Assembly (NCBI GenBank): GCA_000146045.2
Contig: BK006936.2
Span: forward strand, 288,001 to 352,000
Direction: 5' to 3'
DNA length: 64,000 bases
Source of the DNA: TPA_inf: Saccharomyces
Taxonomy: Eukaryota
Both the position numbers and the translations under genes were made by a program. The notes beneath the pieces are model-generated. The model had not been told where the DNA came from, searched no databases, and saw nothing but the letters and a program-made list of their open reading frames with translations. Within the stretch, counting starts at the first letter, position 1. The number at the start of each line of letters is the position of its first letter. This document shows positions 1-12,033 of the stretch, in pieces.

Positions 1-1444
1 CTTTGCAAATCGGTAAACGTTTATAACCGTCTACCAATGTGATTCTTCTAGCAGGATTTACTACAAGTCGAAATGTTGGTACTGAATGTAAATCTGAAAC
101 ACAGGAAAGAATATTTTTGATTTCTATTTTTATGCTCTTATTTTCATTTTTGATTTTTTTTTTCGAGGTCTGCGCCAGCGCCAATAACGCGTTTTATCCA
201 AATAGGCAGCCAAAGAGGGTCACCTATGCAGGTGCTGAATGCAATACAACTGCGGGCTAACTGTCCATCGACGCTATTGAATATGCTTCAAGAAATATCC
301 AGTCTCATGCACATGTCAAATATGTGGGTGAGGGCGCAAATACAACGCACGATTATATATACATTTGTGGCTACGTAGTACGTGCGGAGATAGGCAGGTA
401 TTTGTTCAAGGATGTAAATAAGAACTACAATGCTTAGTTCTCGAATCCTAGAATGTGAGTAAATCTCACAAGCACCGCTTCTATAAATTTGTCTAGGGTA
501 ATTTGTAATCTTTTCCCATGCGGATTCTCTTAAATACGGTACAGCCGTCGCTGCTGCGGTGTGATTCTGGTTTCATAGATCTGGAAAAAGAAAGCGAGAC
601 ACAATACAAGAGCTTTGTGACACAGCGTACGGAGAGAATAAGATAAAGAACAGTTCCTGGCGTTTTTAATTGAACTTTTGTACTCGTCTCTTTATTCTCA
701 CGAATTTTTTTACCGCCGTTTTCATTTCCATTGCAAAGGAGGGAAAATATAAATGTTTTTATAGAGGCAGTATATCTTTAATTTCATAGCATATGCAGTT
801 TAGAAAAAAGACGTAAATTCGTTGCCCTAGTCACGCTGGTTACATAAATTGGTCGTTGAATTGACTTTTAAGACATCCAGTTGGTGTGTTTGCTCCAAAT
901 AGTGCTGACGCATCTTGCCAATTCTCGTCAATTTAGCACGGAATGCTTGTTACTTATTCGATAACGCTTTTACCTTGATTGCATGTAGTCACTATCCTCA
1001 AACCTTTTCTAAGGTTGCCCTATTGGCGACAGAAAAGCAGGACGAGAAATCTAAATAACCAACGTGTGGTTTATTAACTATGACGGTTGGTTTGCTTGCC
1101 GCCCCAAGTTATAGAAGACTGCCCTTCATCCCGGGGTAGCTATCATAGAATCTGTCGATAGTTACAATTTTGGGTGGGGTGTTTTCAAAAATGGACGGAT
1201 ATGCCGGTCTTTGAAACTTCGATGATGTAGCCTATTGTTTTAATTTTCTGCTTGATCCTTTCGCTCTTTTTAGGGATAAAAAAGAAAACCTAACAAAGTA
1301 TGAATTTCGAGAAGTCCCATCGATAGTAGTCAAACAATTGCTAAAGAGGGCTACGGATCGTCTACAATACCTTCGTAAAACAGCAGCTTACAGGATCTTT
1401 TATAATATCACCATAGAAAGGGGAATTTGGGAAGCGAGAGTAAA

Positions 1445-2350
1445 ATGTTGAATAGTTCAAGAAAATATGCTTGTCGTTCCCTATTCAGACAAGCGAACGT
1501 CTCAATAAAAGGACTCTTTTATAATGGAGGCGCATATCGAAGAGGGTTTTCAACGGGATGTTGTTTGAGGAGTGATAACAAGGAAAGCCCAAGTGCAAGA
1601 CAACCACTAGATAGGCTACAACTAGGTGATGAAATCAATGAACCAGAGCCTATTAGAACCAGGTTTTTTCAATTTTCCAGATGGAAGGCCACCATTGCTC
1701 TATTGTTGCTAAGTGGTGGGACGTATGCCTATTTATCAAGAAAAAGACGCTTGCTAGAAACTGAAAAGGAAGCAGATGCTAACAGAGCTTACGGTTCAGT
1801 AGCACTTGGCGGTCCTTTCAATTTAACAGATTTTAATGGTAAGCCTTTCACTGAGGAGAATTTGAAGGGTAAGTTTTCCATTTTATACTTTGGATTCAGT
1901 CATTGCCCCGACATTTGTCCAGAAGAGCTTGACAGATTAACGTATTGGATTTCTGAATTAGATGATAAAGACCATATAAAGATACAGCCATTGTTTATCT
2001 CATGTGATCCTGCAAGAGATACACCGGATGTCTTGAAAGAGTACTTAAGCGATTTTCACCCAGCTATCATTGGTTTAACCGGTACGTACGACCAAGTGAA
2101 AAGCGTATGCAAAAAATACAAGGTATATTTTTCAACTCCACGTGATGTCAAGCCCAACCAGGATTACTTAGTGGACCATTCGATATTTTTCTATTTGATC
2201 GACCCTGAAGGACAGTTTATCGATGCGTTGGGAAGAAACTACGATGAGCAATCTGGTCTCGAAAAGATTCGTGAACAAATTCAGGCGTATGTGCCAAAGG
2301 AAGAACGGGAGCGTAGGTCAAAAAAATGGTACTCTTTTATCTTCAATTGA
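1445..2350 (+). CDS. SCO2: Sco-family mitochondrial copper chaperone/thiol-disulfide oxidoreductase (SCO2, YBR024W). The longest ORF starts at 1427; the probable start is the second ATG at 1445, giving 301 aa.
   Basis: 307-aa ORF with the Sco/SenC signature 'FSHCPDICPEEL' (CxxxC copper-binding motif). It is paralogous to the ORF at 22565-23452. Order with OLA1 and ETR1 matches chrII. Confidence 0.85.
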   Translation: MLNSSRKYACRSLFRQANVSIKGLFYNGGAYRRGFSTGCCLRSDNKESPSARQPLDRLQLGDEINEPEPIRTRFFQFSRWKATIALLLLSGGTYAYLSRKRRLLETEKEADANRAYGSVALGGPFNLTDFNGKPFTEENLKGKFSILYFGFSHCPDICPEELDRLTYWISELDDKDHIKIQPLFISCDPARDTPDVLKEYLSDFHPAIIGLTGTYDQVKSVCKKYKVYFSTPRDVKPNQDYLVDHSIFFYLIDPEGQFIDALGRNYDEQSGLEKIREQIQAYVPKEERERRSKKWYSFIFN

Positions 2351-2680
2351 GCAAAAAAAAAAAGAAAAAGACACAGCTAGGATACCGAACTTATGGGTCG
2401 TTCAATTTAACAGTTACATTGTAAATAGAAAAAAATAGTAAAAAAAATGAAAGTCAAATGATTATGCTTGTCAGTTCAAATTATTAATTGGGCTTAAGGG
2501 CGTAAACATGCGGGAATAATAAACATACATACACACATACATAAAATCCGATGCCATCCACTCGCGAGATTGCTTTTTTCCTTTCGTTTCTCTTTCAAGA
2601 AAATCATGTTGAAAATTTCTATGATGATATATAGTAGGGAACTAAACCAAATAAAGAAAAGTCAACTTTAGTGCACGAAA

Positions 2681-3865
2681 TCAATTCTTACCAGCACCAG
2701 CTCTGAAGTAAATGATATCACCGTCTTCAACGACATAGTCTTTACCCTTTTGCATCAACTTACCAGCGGCCTTGATGGCAGAATCGTCCTTATATTCGAA
2801 GACATCTTCACATTTCATAACTTGAGCCAAAATAAAGGTATTCATTAAATCGTTATGAATAACACCAGCAGCTTGTGGAGCTTTAGTACCTCTTCTGATG
2901 GTCCATTCACGAACTTCATCTGGACCGCAGGTGAAAAAGGAAATCAAATCTAACTTTTGTCTCATGGTAGTGATAATCTTTGGCAAGGCAGATATTGTCT
3001 GCAGTTTCTTCAATTCTTCTTCAGCATCTTCTGGGGACATATGAGATAGTCTTTCTTCTAGAGAAACACTGAATGGAATGATCAAGTCACCTGGAGAGTA
3101 CTTGTCTACCCATTCCTTGATTCTTAGCAGATGCTTGTTTTTCTTTCTGATGTAATCTCTTTCAGATAAATTAATCAAATAGATACATGGCTTAGCAGTC
3201 AACAAGAACATGGAGTTGATAATTTCAACTTCTTTTGAAGTCCAGGAGTGATTAGCAACTCTTTGACCACTCTCTAGCAATTTAATGATTTTCGTAATCA
3301 AATCCATTTCTTCCTTCTTTTGTTTGACTTCCAAAGATTGACCACCTCTTTTGGCAATCTTTTCAGCACCTTCCAAAGCCTTTTGTGCGAATTCAATATC
3401 TTTCAATCTTAGTTCTTGGTTAATAATTTCTAAATCACGAACTGGATCAACGTCACCCTCAACGTGGATAATTTCAGCATCATCGAAACAACGAACGACT
3501 TGGTAGATAGAATCGACTGATCTGATGTGAGACAAGAAAGCATTACCCAAACCTTCACCAGCAGAGGCACCCTTAGTCAAACCAGCAATATCGTAAACGG
3601 TCAAATGAGCTGGAACTTCCGAAGCTGTCTTCTTGTAGATTTCACACAACTTATCAAATCTTGGAGATGGGACAATAACACGGGCTTCTTCTGGATCAAT
3701 GGTAGCGAATGGATAGTTAGCTGGGTTACCCAATGGACATCTAGTGATGGCTTGGAAAAAGGTAGACTTACCAACATTGGCCAAACCGACAATACCGGCT
3801 TTCAAGTTATTACCTGGACGACCCAATAAGACCTTTTTTTCTTCGACTTGCTTCTTTGGAGGCAT
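2681..3865 (-). CDS. OLA1: Obg-like ATPase / YchF family P-loop NTPase (OLA1, YBR025C)
   Basis: 394-aa ORF with the G1 motif 'GIVGLANVGKST', a C-terminal TGS domain, and the N-terminus 'MPPKKQVEEKK'. Confidence 0.9.
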   Translation of the reverse strand: MPPKKQVEEKKVLLGRPGNNLKAGIVGLANVGKSTFFQAITRCPLGNPANYPFATIDPEEARVIVPSPRFDKLCEIYKKTASEVPAHLTVYDIAGLTKGASAGEGLGNAFLSHIRSVDSIYQVVRCFDDAEIIHVEGDVDPVRDLEIINQELRLKDIEFAQKALEGAEKIAKRGGQSLEVKQKKEEMDLITKIIKLLESGQRVANHSWTSKEVEIINSMFLLTAKPCIYLINLSERDYIRKKNKHLLRIKEWVDKYSPGDLIIPFSVSLEERLSHMSPEDAEEELKKLQTISALPKIITTMRQKLDLISFFTCGPDEVREWTIRRGTKAPQAAGVIHNDLMNTFILAQVMKCEDVFEYKDDSAIKAAGKLMQKGKDYVVEDGDIIYFRAGAGKN

Positions 3866-4876
3866 GTTTTACAGTGCTATTTATTTGATTGTTTTTACGG
3901 ATACTAGAAGTAACACAAAAAGCTAAAAAAGGCAAAATGCAATAAAAAATTAGTACTAATTATCAACTGAATACACTACTAAATACGATTTCTCGCAACG
4001 AAAGGTATGAGAGAGAAGACGTAAGTTGACTTTCACTGCATCCTTCCTTTTGGGTCATAAAATCGCTGGGATGGCCCTTGAAAAAATTTTTTCAGTGAAA
4101 AAAAAAAGAATTTTCGAGAAAAAAAAAAAATTAGGAATTGTGCGTGGTCATTCAATACGGAGAATTAAGTAACACGCAACAACTGCATTCTGCCTTAGTT
4201 GTCTCAAGGCAAATTGGCACCAACAATATGAACTTGTTGTAAAGCTCAACTCCAAAGAAGGGAAACTACTCAGATTTGTTTTCTTCAGTTTAACAGGCGT
4301 ATCTTCTGCAAATCTACTACGTTTCCTACCGAAGACTTCGCTCTACGAGAATTCTTAGGTTTCTACGAGTTACGCGCCCTTCTTCGAACGCCATTCTCAG
4401 GAAAAATTGCATTTACGTAATCTTTTGTTCTAATTGATATAATGGCTATTTATACGTAATATCATGCTTAAGAACCAAGAAAGCCAATAATGGCATTCGG
4501 AGGAAGCAATCAGTGAGGAAAATTGTTGATTAAGCTAGATATTTCTATATCTAGTAGATCTTGTCAAGTTGAAGTAGCGAATAGGACTCCTGTATTGCTA
4601 TTGTGATGTTTTTTTATTGTACAGTAGTTGTATAACTTATCGTTGGTATTAACTACCGTTTGTTTATACATCATGCTCATTATCTCGTCCTGACTAATGT
4701 GAAAGGATCGATATATACATTGAAGGGTCGACGTCCCCTTTTATTAGCTCCTACAAAGATAGCACTGGCATATATTTTTTAATGTCTTGGTATATATTAT
4801 ATAGCAACTATACTCGATGTCATAAAGAGGAATACTATCTTTGGTGGTTGTCTAACTCTGAGCAATGCTAAGGCCC

Positions 4877-6019
4877 TTACCATTCTAAAACAACCATTTT
4901 TTTCTTCCCCTTCCCAGTTATACCTTTTTTGACTAGTTCTAGTAACTGTTCGTCAGTAGTAGTGTTAGTATTCCAGGTAAGAGTTTCAATTTCATCTCTT
5001 GGTGAAATAATGTGACCATAATTATACATTTTGATAAAATCACTGATGGTGTCAATCTTGCTTTGGGGGTTTTTTTTGTTCTTTTCAGTCACCCAGTACC
5101 CTTTGGATGTCAAGCCTTTGAAAATGTGTAGAGATGTTGGTAAAGTTACAGGTTGTTTTGACATTCCTCCATAAGTGAGCATCAAAGCATTATTTTCCAA
5201 CTTACGTGCTATTGATGCACTGGATTTACCTCCAACAGAATTCAAGGCAAGCCTCACCCTTGCATTTTCACCCAAAATCTTGGACAATACTTCTTTGGCA
5301 AAAGTCTTGTCGTTGTTTTGCGATTCGGAAATAACCTTCGTAGCACCATACTTATCCTCCAAAACTTTTGCTACCTCATCAAAATTATCACGGTCACGTA
5401 TAACACTTAATGTTTTGATCCCTTTAGCTTTTGCTACTTGCGTAACTATTTTTGATACACTAGATGTACCGGCATTTTGGATAATCCATTCATTACCGTT
5501 ACTGTTCCAGTCGATATAGTCTGATACTAATTGGAAACCGGTACAACCATTAACAGATACAGTTGCCGCAGAAAACAGATCCAAATCATTTACCTTGATT
5601 AAATCAGAACTACTAGAGAAAACTCTATAATTGGACCAAGTCCCTTGATTTGCCTGCAATGGGATAACTCGGTCACCCAATTTCAAATCTCCCTTGGAAC
5701 TTCCCGAAGGTAAAGAAACAACTTCAAAGACACCCTCATTACCGGCGATAGCGGCTGGCTCATCTGTGGAGTAATCGTATGTCTTTTCTGGACGAGACGG
5801 GTATACTCCTTGCAACTGATTGATATCCGAAGGGTTTATGGGAAAGGCCAAAGTTTTTAACACAATTGATTGAGATAAGTCTTGTTTAGGCGTATAATTT
5901 TTCACTGACAAAACCTTGGTACAATCCTCAACTTCATGAGTTGAATAGATGAGCGATTTGAAGTGCTTGGGAATCTGATGAGCTGAGGACGACATGTAAC
6001 GTTTGAATGTGGGAAGCAT
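4877..6019 (-). CDS. ETR1: Mitochondrial 2-enoyl thioester reductase, MDR superfamily (ETR1, YBR026C)
   Basis: 380-aa ORF with a medium-chain dehydrogenase/reductase fold, an N-terminal mitochondrial presequence, and synteny. Confidence 0.85.
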   Translation of the reverse strand: MLPTFKRYMSSSAHQIPKHFKSLIYSTHEVEDCTKVLSVKNYTPKQDLSQSIVLKTLAFPINPSDINQLQGVYPSRPEKTYDYSTDEPAAIAGNEGVFEVVSLPSGSSKGDLKLGDRVIPLQANQGTWSNYRVFSSSSDLIKVNDLDLFSAATVSVNGCTGFQLVSDYIDWNSNGNEWIIQNAGTSSVSKIVTQVAKAKGIKTLSVIRDRDNFDEVAKVLEDKYGATKVISESQNNDKTFAKEVLSKILGENARVRLALNSVGGKSSASIARKLENNALMLTYGGMSKQPVTLPTSLHIFKGLTSKGYWVTEKNKKNPQSKIDTISDFIKMYNYGHIISPRDEIETLTWNTNTTTDEQLLELVKKGITGKGKKKMVVLEW

Positions 6020-6424
6020 CTTGTTATATCAAATGTAATTGGCAGATTATGAACCTTCTTAAATGACAATGTACGTTTGTAATCTCCAATTTCTTTAGCC
6101 ATGGAAACAACCCCTGGGTACACCACTCGTGCGTCCCTTGGAGGAGAACCACTCTTTTAAGGTAAAAAAAAAAGCACCGGCGGGGTCCAATAATGATAAT
6201 AATACCATAAATAAGGAAGATGGTATCACCGATTGGTCCAGAAGTATTATCCATACAGTTGTTTTTAATATTATTACATACATTATATATTAAAAATGTG
6301 TTTCGTAACCCTAAAGCAAAACAAAGTATATACAGTGACACAGATCCTTTAAACATCAAAAAAACAAAAAAAAGTAAGTCAGTGCAGATCCGAGCCTTCT
6401 CTCTTAATCTATCTAACTTTTAAT

Positions 6425-8002
6425 TCAAAAGTACTTCTCCAAATAGCTACCACTTGCTTTATAACTAAATCCCTTGAACATATCCGGGGACTTGCTCACC
6501 GAATTGATATTAATCGGCTTGCTATCCGTATAGGTTTCCTCATATGACATAGAAGTAAATTCTGTGTCAAAATTTTCCGCTAGTTCCAAATCCGTAATAA
6601 CTGGAACAATTGGGCCTAGAGTGGTTTTTTGCAATTGTCCAGATTCTAATAACTTCCAGTCTATTTTTCTAAAGATAAAATGTTCAGTGAAAAGACTAGT
6701 TCTTGCAGCCCCTGATTTCTTCTTCTTAGACTTAGTAGGCTTATTATTAGCCCCGGTTTTGGCCCAGTATTTGTCAACATTCCACCTTTTGGCAGTTTCC
6801 TTCTTCAACAGCGCGTTTAATATATCTTTCATTCCCTCGCTCAGATAAAATGGAATTTTGGGGCCTTGCTTGTTTTGTTGAATCTTATTAATGATCACCT
6901 TATGATTGCTACCAGTATATGGAGGCTTACCTACTAACATGTCATACAACAGACATCCCAAAGAATACCAATCACAATTCTGACTGTAAGCTTTACCTAA
7001 TAATATTTCAGGCGCACAGTATTCAGGCGTACCGATAATCGAGTATAGGGCATTGACGTTCTCTGGATCCTCCTCATCAACCGCGGAATCATTAGCACTT
7101 TTTTTACTCAGACCAAAATCTGTCAATACTAAATGTCCACGTTGATTCAATAAACAGTTTTCAGGTTTTAAATCTCTATAGACAACACCTTTCGTATGCA
7201 AAAATCTCAAGGCACAGCTGATTTCTGCCGCGTAAAACGAAACTGTCGTCTCATCTAGGGTCCCGTGTTCCTTCAAGTGGTAAAATAGTTCACCGCCAGG
7301 GATATATTGTAGCAGTAAATATAACTTTGAGTTATCGTGAAAAGAATAAAATAACTTGACAATGTTTGGATGTTCTATTTCAGATAGAATAGACCGTTCG
7401 GCAAATGTTCTCTCAAGCCTCTTTGATAATCCATCGTCATTATCGTTGTTATTACCATCATTTTTATCTTCGTCTTCTCTCTTGGAATCTGTGGCTGTTT
7501 GAGAAATTAAAATTTCTGCTTTCCGTAATTGCTTCATAGCATACAGCTTGGATGTATTGACGTCCTTAACAAGAAGAACTTTACCGTAGGCACCTTGGCC
7601 TAGGACTCTCACGGGCTTAAAATCGTGCAGGTTCCTTGATAATTCATTTTCTCCAATATTAGAGGAAATAATGTCCTGAGGTGTTATGGATAGTCTATTC
7701 GTATTAGTTCGCATTGCGTCCGAACCTGTAATAGAAAATCTTCTCGTATTTGGTGGAGTGAGAATAGGGAATTTGGAATAAGCTGAGGACCTTCTTCTCA
7801 TCCTATGTGCAGGACTCATGCCATTTAGCGGAATCGCATTTGAATGAACCGAGAGGTGATTTATACTCTCCTCATATGTGATGGAGCTGCCTTGTTCATG
7901 ATTGATATCATTGTATATTGCCGAGGAATAATCTACTTTAATGTCATTCTTTTTATCATCTAGTGACACACGATGAAGTTCTTCATCTAGTGAGAAAATC
8001 AT
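6425..8002 (-). CDS. YPK3: AGC-family Ser/Thr protein kinase (YPK3, YBR028C). The ORF extends to 8017; the probable start is the ATG at 8002.
   Basis: Kinase motifs 'GQGAYGKV', 'YRDLKPEN', 'DFGLS' and 'GTPEYCAPE', plus a C-terminal AGC tail. Confidence 0.8.
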   Translation of the reverse strand: MIFSLDEELHRVSLDDKKNDIKVDYSSAIYNDINHEQGSSITYEESINHLSVHSNAIPLNGMSPAHRMRRRSSAYSKFPILTPPNTRRFSITGSDAMRTNTNRLSITPQDIISSNIGENELSRNLHDFKPVRVLGQGAYGKVLLVKDVNTSKLYAMKQLRKAEILISQTATDSKREDEDKNDGNNNDNDDGLSKRLERTFAERSILSEIEHPNIVKLFYSFHDNSKLYLLLQYIPGGELFYHLKEHGTLDETTVSFYAAEISCALRFLHTKGVVYRDLKPENCLLNQRGHLVLTDFGLSKKSANDSAVDEEDPENVNALYSIIGTPEYCAPEILLGKAYSQNCDWYSLGCLLYDMLVGKPPYTGSNHKVIINKIQQNKQGPKIPFYLSEGMKDILNALLKKETAKRWNVDKYWAKTGANNKPTKSKKKKSGAARTSLFTEHFIFRKIDWKLLESGQLQKTTLGPIVPVITDLELAENFDTEFTSMSYEETYTDSKPININSVSKSPDMFKGFSYKASGSYLEKYF

Positions 8003-8125
8003 CCTAATTACTGCCAACAGTATGCTCAGCTAGATTGGTTGATGAAAAATCTTATCATAGGGCACCTTCCAGGTAAAAGATCTACTTACTATTAGTCAGT
8101 ACGTCCTTTTTTCATTTGTTTATAA

Positions 8126-8147
8126 TTTTTTTTTTTTTTTTTTTTTT
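8126..8147. promoter_or_regulatory. poly(dT)22 tract in the YPK3 upstream / CDS1 downstream intergenic region
   Basis: Uninterrupted T run seen directly in the sequence. Poly(dA:dT) tracts are nucleosome-excluding promoter elements in yeast. Confidence 0.6.
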
Positions 8148-8368
8148 CTCCTCTCAATATTTTAGAAGTAACATGACAGAGCAACACGTTTATTTTCCTA
8201 CATATAGTCATAAGTATAAAAACGAGCGAGAAATTTTGTTAAAGAATTGATATCATATTTTATAATTTACATAAACTAAATAGGGAAAGAGTAGTATAGC
8301 GTGCATAAGTTTGAAAAAAAAAAACTATTCATACACTCATATATACTTTTATATGGTCTTTTTTATAT

Positions 8369-9742
8369 TCAAGAGTGATTGGTCAATGATTTCTTGGTCA
8401 CATTAAAGATGTCAGCCAACTTTTCAAAATTCTTCGCTGATATTATACCTTTTTTAGATAGGAATCTAATCAAGATATCAATCAATTCTATAATCTGCTT
8501 GTCGTTCAGGTTCATTAAAATAGTGGATAAAACTGTATCTACTGTTATTCTGTGTTCGCTGATGAATGTTTCATAGTACAAATTGGCAAAAGAACCCATT
8601 ATGAATTGGCAATCAACCCTGTCTGTGATACCACCATGGCCTGGGATGGAGTGGCCAAAGTCTTTAACTTTAAAAGTTCTCTTTAGACCAGATGCGAAAA
8701 AGCCTCCAAATGGCGCAAATAATGATGCAAAGGTAGCTAAGTTTAAAGCATGGAAATAAATTGGTTTTACTGTAATTGAATTGATTTGAACTTTATCGAA
8801 AAAGATGGGTGGAAGTCTGTAAACTTGTGGAAGGAAAACTGGGTTTAGTTCACATGTCAAATTAGAGAAAAAATTGGTATGGAGATCTTCAACAGGGCAC
8901 GTCAAGTAAGTATAAGGGCTCAGAATCCTTGTTAATATAATACTAGCTAGAGCAGTGAAAAACCAGGCACCAAGGAAACCTTCTAAAGTTTTCTTGGGCG
9001 AGATTTCTATTAGTTTAGTCTTACCGAATGTAATGCCGCACAGGTAGGCGAAGATATCATTAACAATTACCAACCCGCATGGTAATAAGAACCAGAATAG
9101 CCCATTGAGCACGTTTTTGATGATCAAATGAGCCTGAAATACTACCAGAAGAAGAACCATATGAGTAACGCACAATGATCCGAACTGGAATTTCAAAAAT
9201 CCCTTTCTTAAACTACAAACGAACAGAACAAATCCCATAAGATAGAGACAATAGCAGATAAACTTATGATTTGTTACGATAAAGTTCAATACAGGATACT
9301 CGTAAAAAGTAGCTTGGAAAAACTTGAAGAGTGATTTCCCATCTAAGTAATAGATAGTGGTGAAGAGAAGGTACCAGTTCAACGTCTTTGTCAATGGCAA
9401 ATTCTTTTCGCGACCAGATGCACTTGTTACGGCAATACACTCTTTAAAAGTAGCAATTTGGCAGCCCAAAATCAGCACTATACACCATGCATGACCCGAT
9501 GCTAAGGTGATGAAGAAACCACTGATCATAACAAACGTCCAAACTGTTCTAATGAAAAAGTTGTATTTCCTGCTTTCCTTTGTAGCAGCAGTGCTTTCCT
9601 TGGTCACCGGCGTGACGGATTCGCTGGCGTCCTTGTGGAGTTCTTCTTGCAATTTATCAATCGCCTTTGAGGTGGCGTCAGTAACCGACTCCACAATCTC
9701 CTTGCTCGTACCATGTGGTTTCATCTCAGGGTTGTCAGACAT
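8369..9742 (-). CDS. CDS1: Phosphatidate cytidylyltransferase / CDP-diacylglycerol synthase (CDS1, YBR029C)
   Basis: 457-aa polytopic membrane ORF with a CTP-transferase C-terminal signature region and synteny. Confidence 0.88.
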   Translation of the reverse strand: MSDNPEMKPHGTSKEIVESVTDATSKAIDKLQEELHKDASESVTPVTKESTAATKESRKYNFFIRTVWTFVMISGFFITLASGHAWCIVLILGCQIATFKECIAVTSASGREKNLPLTKTLNWYLLFTTIYYLDGKSLFKFFQATFYEYPVLNFIVTNHKFICYCLYLMGFVLFVCSLRKGFLKFQFGSLCVTHMVLLLVVFQAHLIIKNVLNGLFWFLLPCGLVIVNDIFAYLCGITFGKTKLIEISPKKTLEGFLGAWFFTALASIILTRILSPYTYLTCPVEDLHTNFFSNLTCELNPVFLPQVYRLPPIFFDKVQINSITVKPIYFHALNLATFASLFAPFGGFFASGLKRTFKVKDFGHSIPGHGGITDRVDCQFIMGSFANLYYETFISEHRITVDTVLSTILMNLNDKQIIELIDILIRFLSKKGIISAKNFEKLADIFNVTKKSLTNHS

Positions 9743-10291
9743 TTTAGGTATATGGAAGTGGAACAGTTAAGTATGACAGGTTCGCTGTTTGGGAAGATAC
9801 TTGGCAAGAAGTGCGTCTTCACAATCTGGCTTACACTAAATAACAATATTGATGAATGCTCCCCCATGCTGTTTACAGTTCTCGATTGTTACACTTTTCA
9901 CATGTCATCCCATCTGAAAAATTTTCAAGAAGGGTATCCGTTGATAATGACTGTCAAATACATAGCGATATAGTACCAATATACAGTGCCTGAAAACGCC
10001 TGGAATAAGCCAAAGCGATCAAGGTGGAGCTCCTGCAGATTGGTTTAGAAAGTAGTGTATTGATAGTTATTTACATGGGCGTTTGTTTATGATTCTTTGT
10101 GCCTAATATATCCACGTTCTCCGTTGAATTCTGAGATGTACTGCATCAAAATAGCGAAAAACGAGCAATAAATATCAGAAAATCAAATGAAGTATACTCG
10201 ATGAAGGCAGCTGAGATGAGGTGGCAGATACAATAAGAAAGATTTGTTGCCATATATAATAGCAATTAAAAAATAAATTTGAAAGAGTGAG

Positions 10292-11950
10292 ATGTCCGTA
10301 ACTTTTAAGGACGATGTTCATCGGATTCTGAAGTTTGTTGCTAATTGCAATGGCAGGTTTGAAGATTCCAAATGTGATATAAGAGAATCGCCTCTCGGTG
10401 GATTGGGTGTCTTTGCAAAGACTGATATTGCAGAAGGTGAGTCAATATTGACGTTGAACAAATCCTCGATTTTTTCTGCATCTAACAGCTCCATTGCCAA
10501 TTTGTTATGTGACAGTAGCATCGATGGAATGTTAGCTCTAAACATCGCATTCATTTACGAAACTACAGTTTTCAGAAATTCTAGTCATTGGTACCCATTT
10601 CTGCGAACTATCCGAATTCGTGATGACGAAGGGCACTTAAACCTGCCGCCAAGCTTTTGGCATGCGGATGCTAAGCGACTTTTAAAAGGAACCAGTTTCG
10701 ATACCTTATTCGATTCGTTGGCACCAGAAGAAGAAATCATGGAAGGATTTGAAATTGCTGTGGATTTGGCACACAAATGGAACGACGAGTTTGGGTTGGA
10801 AATTCCAAAAGGCTTCCTAGACGTTAGTGAGGAGAATCATGAAGAAGATTACAATTTGAAATTAGAAAAGTTTATATCGGTGGCATATACTTTATCATCA
10901 AGAGGATTTGAAATTGACGCGTACCATGAGACAGCTTTGGTGCCCATCGCAGACCTGTTCAATCATCATGTTTCCGACCCGGATTTAAAGTTTGTATCGC
11001 TATATGATGTGTGCGATAAATGTGGTGAACCAGACATGTGTAAACATCTCATAGCAGAGGAATACTTGGAAGCAGAAAATCTAGACAAAAATATGCCCAA
11101 AGTCGCAAGTATGGAGACTCGTGTCATCGATGAAGACTTAATCAAAAGTTTAGAAAATGATTTAGAGAAAGAATACTCTAATGTTACGGCAAACATCGAG
11201 GATGATGATGGCGGTATTGAAAACCCTGACGAATGTGTCGATTTAGTGTTAAAGAATGACGTCGCACAAGGCCAAGAAATATTTAATTCCTATGGTGAGC
11301 TCTCAAACGTCTTTTTGTTGGCCAGATATGGTTTCACCGTACCTGAGAATCAGTATGATATTGTTCATTTAGGACCTGATTTTATGAAAATCTTAAAGAA
11401 AGAAGAAAAATATCAAGAAAAAGTCAAGTGGTGGAGCCAAGTCGGTCATGGCTTGTTTTCAGCATGGTATGCTCAAATGCGCCAAGAAGATGAAGAAGAC
11501 GAAGACGGTCAAGCAAAATCAGACAATCTGTCTGACGATATAGAGAGCGAAGAGGAAGAGGAAGAGGAAGAGGGTGATGATAGCTTGGAATCATGGCTTT
11601 CCCAGCTTTACATAGACTCAAGTGGCGAGCCTTCACCCTCAACGTGGGCCTTAGCTAACCTTTTGACTTTAACGGCCGTTCAATGGGAATCATTGTTTTC
11701 CAAAAAGGCCACTCCTCACATCAGTGATTCTATAGTTAACGAAGAAAAGCTGCCCTTCCTGGCCAAAAAAGACAATCCCCATTCCAAGAAACTGCTTTCC
11801 AACTTACTTAAGGAAAAGCAACTACCTTGCATAAAAGGCGACAACTCGTCAAAGATAACAAGTGCTACTAAAAGCATGCTCCAAAATGCTCGAACACTTG
11901 TACAATCGGAGCATAATATCTTAGATAGATGTCTCAAGAGACTATCCTAA
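10292..11950 (+). CDS. RKM3: SET-domain ribosomal protein lysine methyltransferase (RKM3, YBR030W)
   Basis: 552-aa ORF with a SET-like domain and an acidic E/D-rich tract ('SEEEEEEEEGDD'). Confidence 0.8.
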   Translation: MSVTFKDDVHRILKFVANCNGRFEDSKCDIRESPLGGLGVFAKTDIAEGESILTLNKSSIFSASNSSIANLLCDSSIDGMLALNIAFIYETTVFRNSSHWYPFLRTIRIRDDEGHLNLPPSFWHADAKRLLKGTSFDTLFDSLAPEEEIMEGFEIAVDLAHKWNDEFGLEIPKGFLDVSEENHEEDYNLKLEKFISVAYTLSSRGFEIDAYHETALVPIADLFNHHVSDPDLKFVSLYDVCDKCGEPDMCKHLIAEEYLEAENLDKNMPKVASMETRVIDEDLIKSLENDLEKEYSNVTANIEDDDGGIENPDECVDLVLKNDVAQGQEIFNSYGELSNVFLLARYGFTVPENQYDIVHLGPDFMKILKKEEKYQEKVKWWSQVGHGLFSAWYAQMRQEDEEDEDGQAKSDNLSDDIESEEEEEEEEGDDSLESWLSQLYIDSSGEPSPSTWALANLLTLTAVQWESLFSKKATPHISDSIVNEEKLPFLAKKDNPHSKKLLSNLLKEKQLPCIKGDNSSKITSATKSMLQNARTLVQSEHNILDRCLKRLS

Positions 11951-11983
11951 ATAATATTGAATATGCACTTTTACTATATTAAT

Positions 11984-11996
11984 ATCACGTCACACG
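11984..11996. promoter_or_regulatory. Abf1 consensus site (RTCRYN5ACG: ATCACGTCACACG) upstream of RPL4A
   Basis: Exact match to the Abf1 consensus about 170 bp upstream of the RPL4A ATG. It is followed by an A26 tract (12034-12059) and TATATAAA. Confidence 0.55.
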
Positions 11997-12033
11997 ACGC
12001 ACAGTGAGAAGTGAAAAATTTTTTTTCAATCTG

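Noticed and set aside
4060-4140. Alternating A10/T6/A12 tracts upstream of OLA1, as a possible structured element
   Set aside because: Ordinary poly(dA:dT) nucleosome-excluding promoter sequence for a highly expressed gene. There is no dyad symmetry beyond homopolymer runs.
6024-6359. 111-aa minus-strand ORF just upstream of ETR1 (corresponds to dubious YBR027C)
   Set aside because: Hydrophobic, low-complexity and AT-rich, and it sits in the ETR1 5' region with no recognisable domain. It is most likely not a gene.
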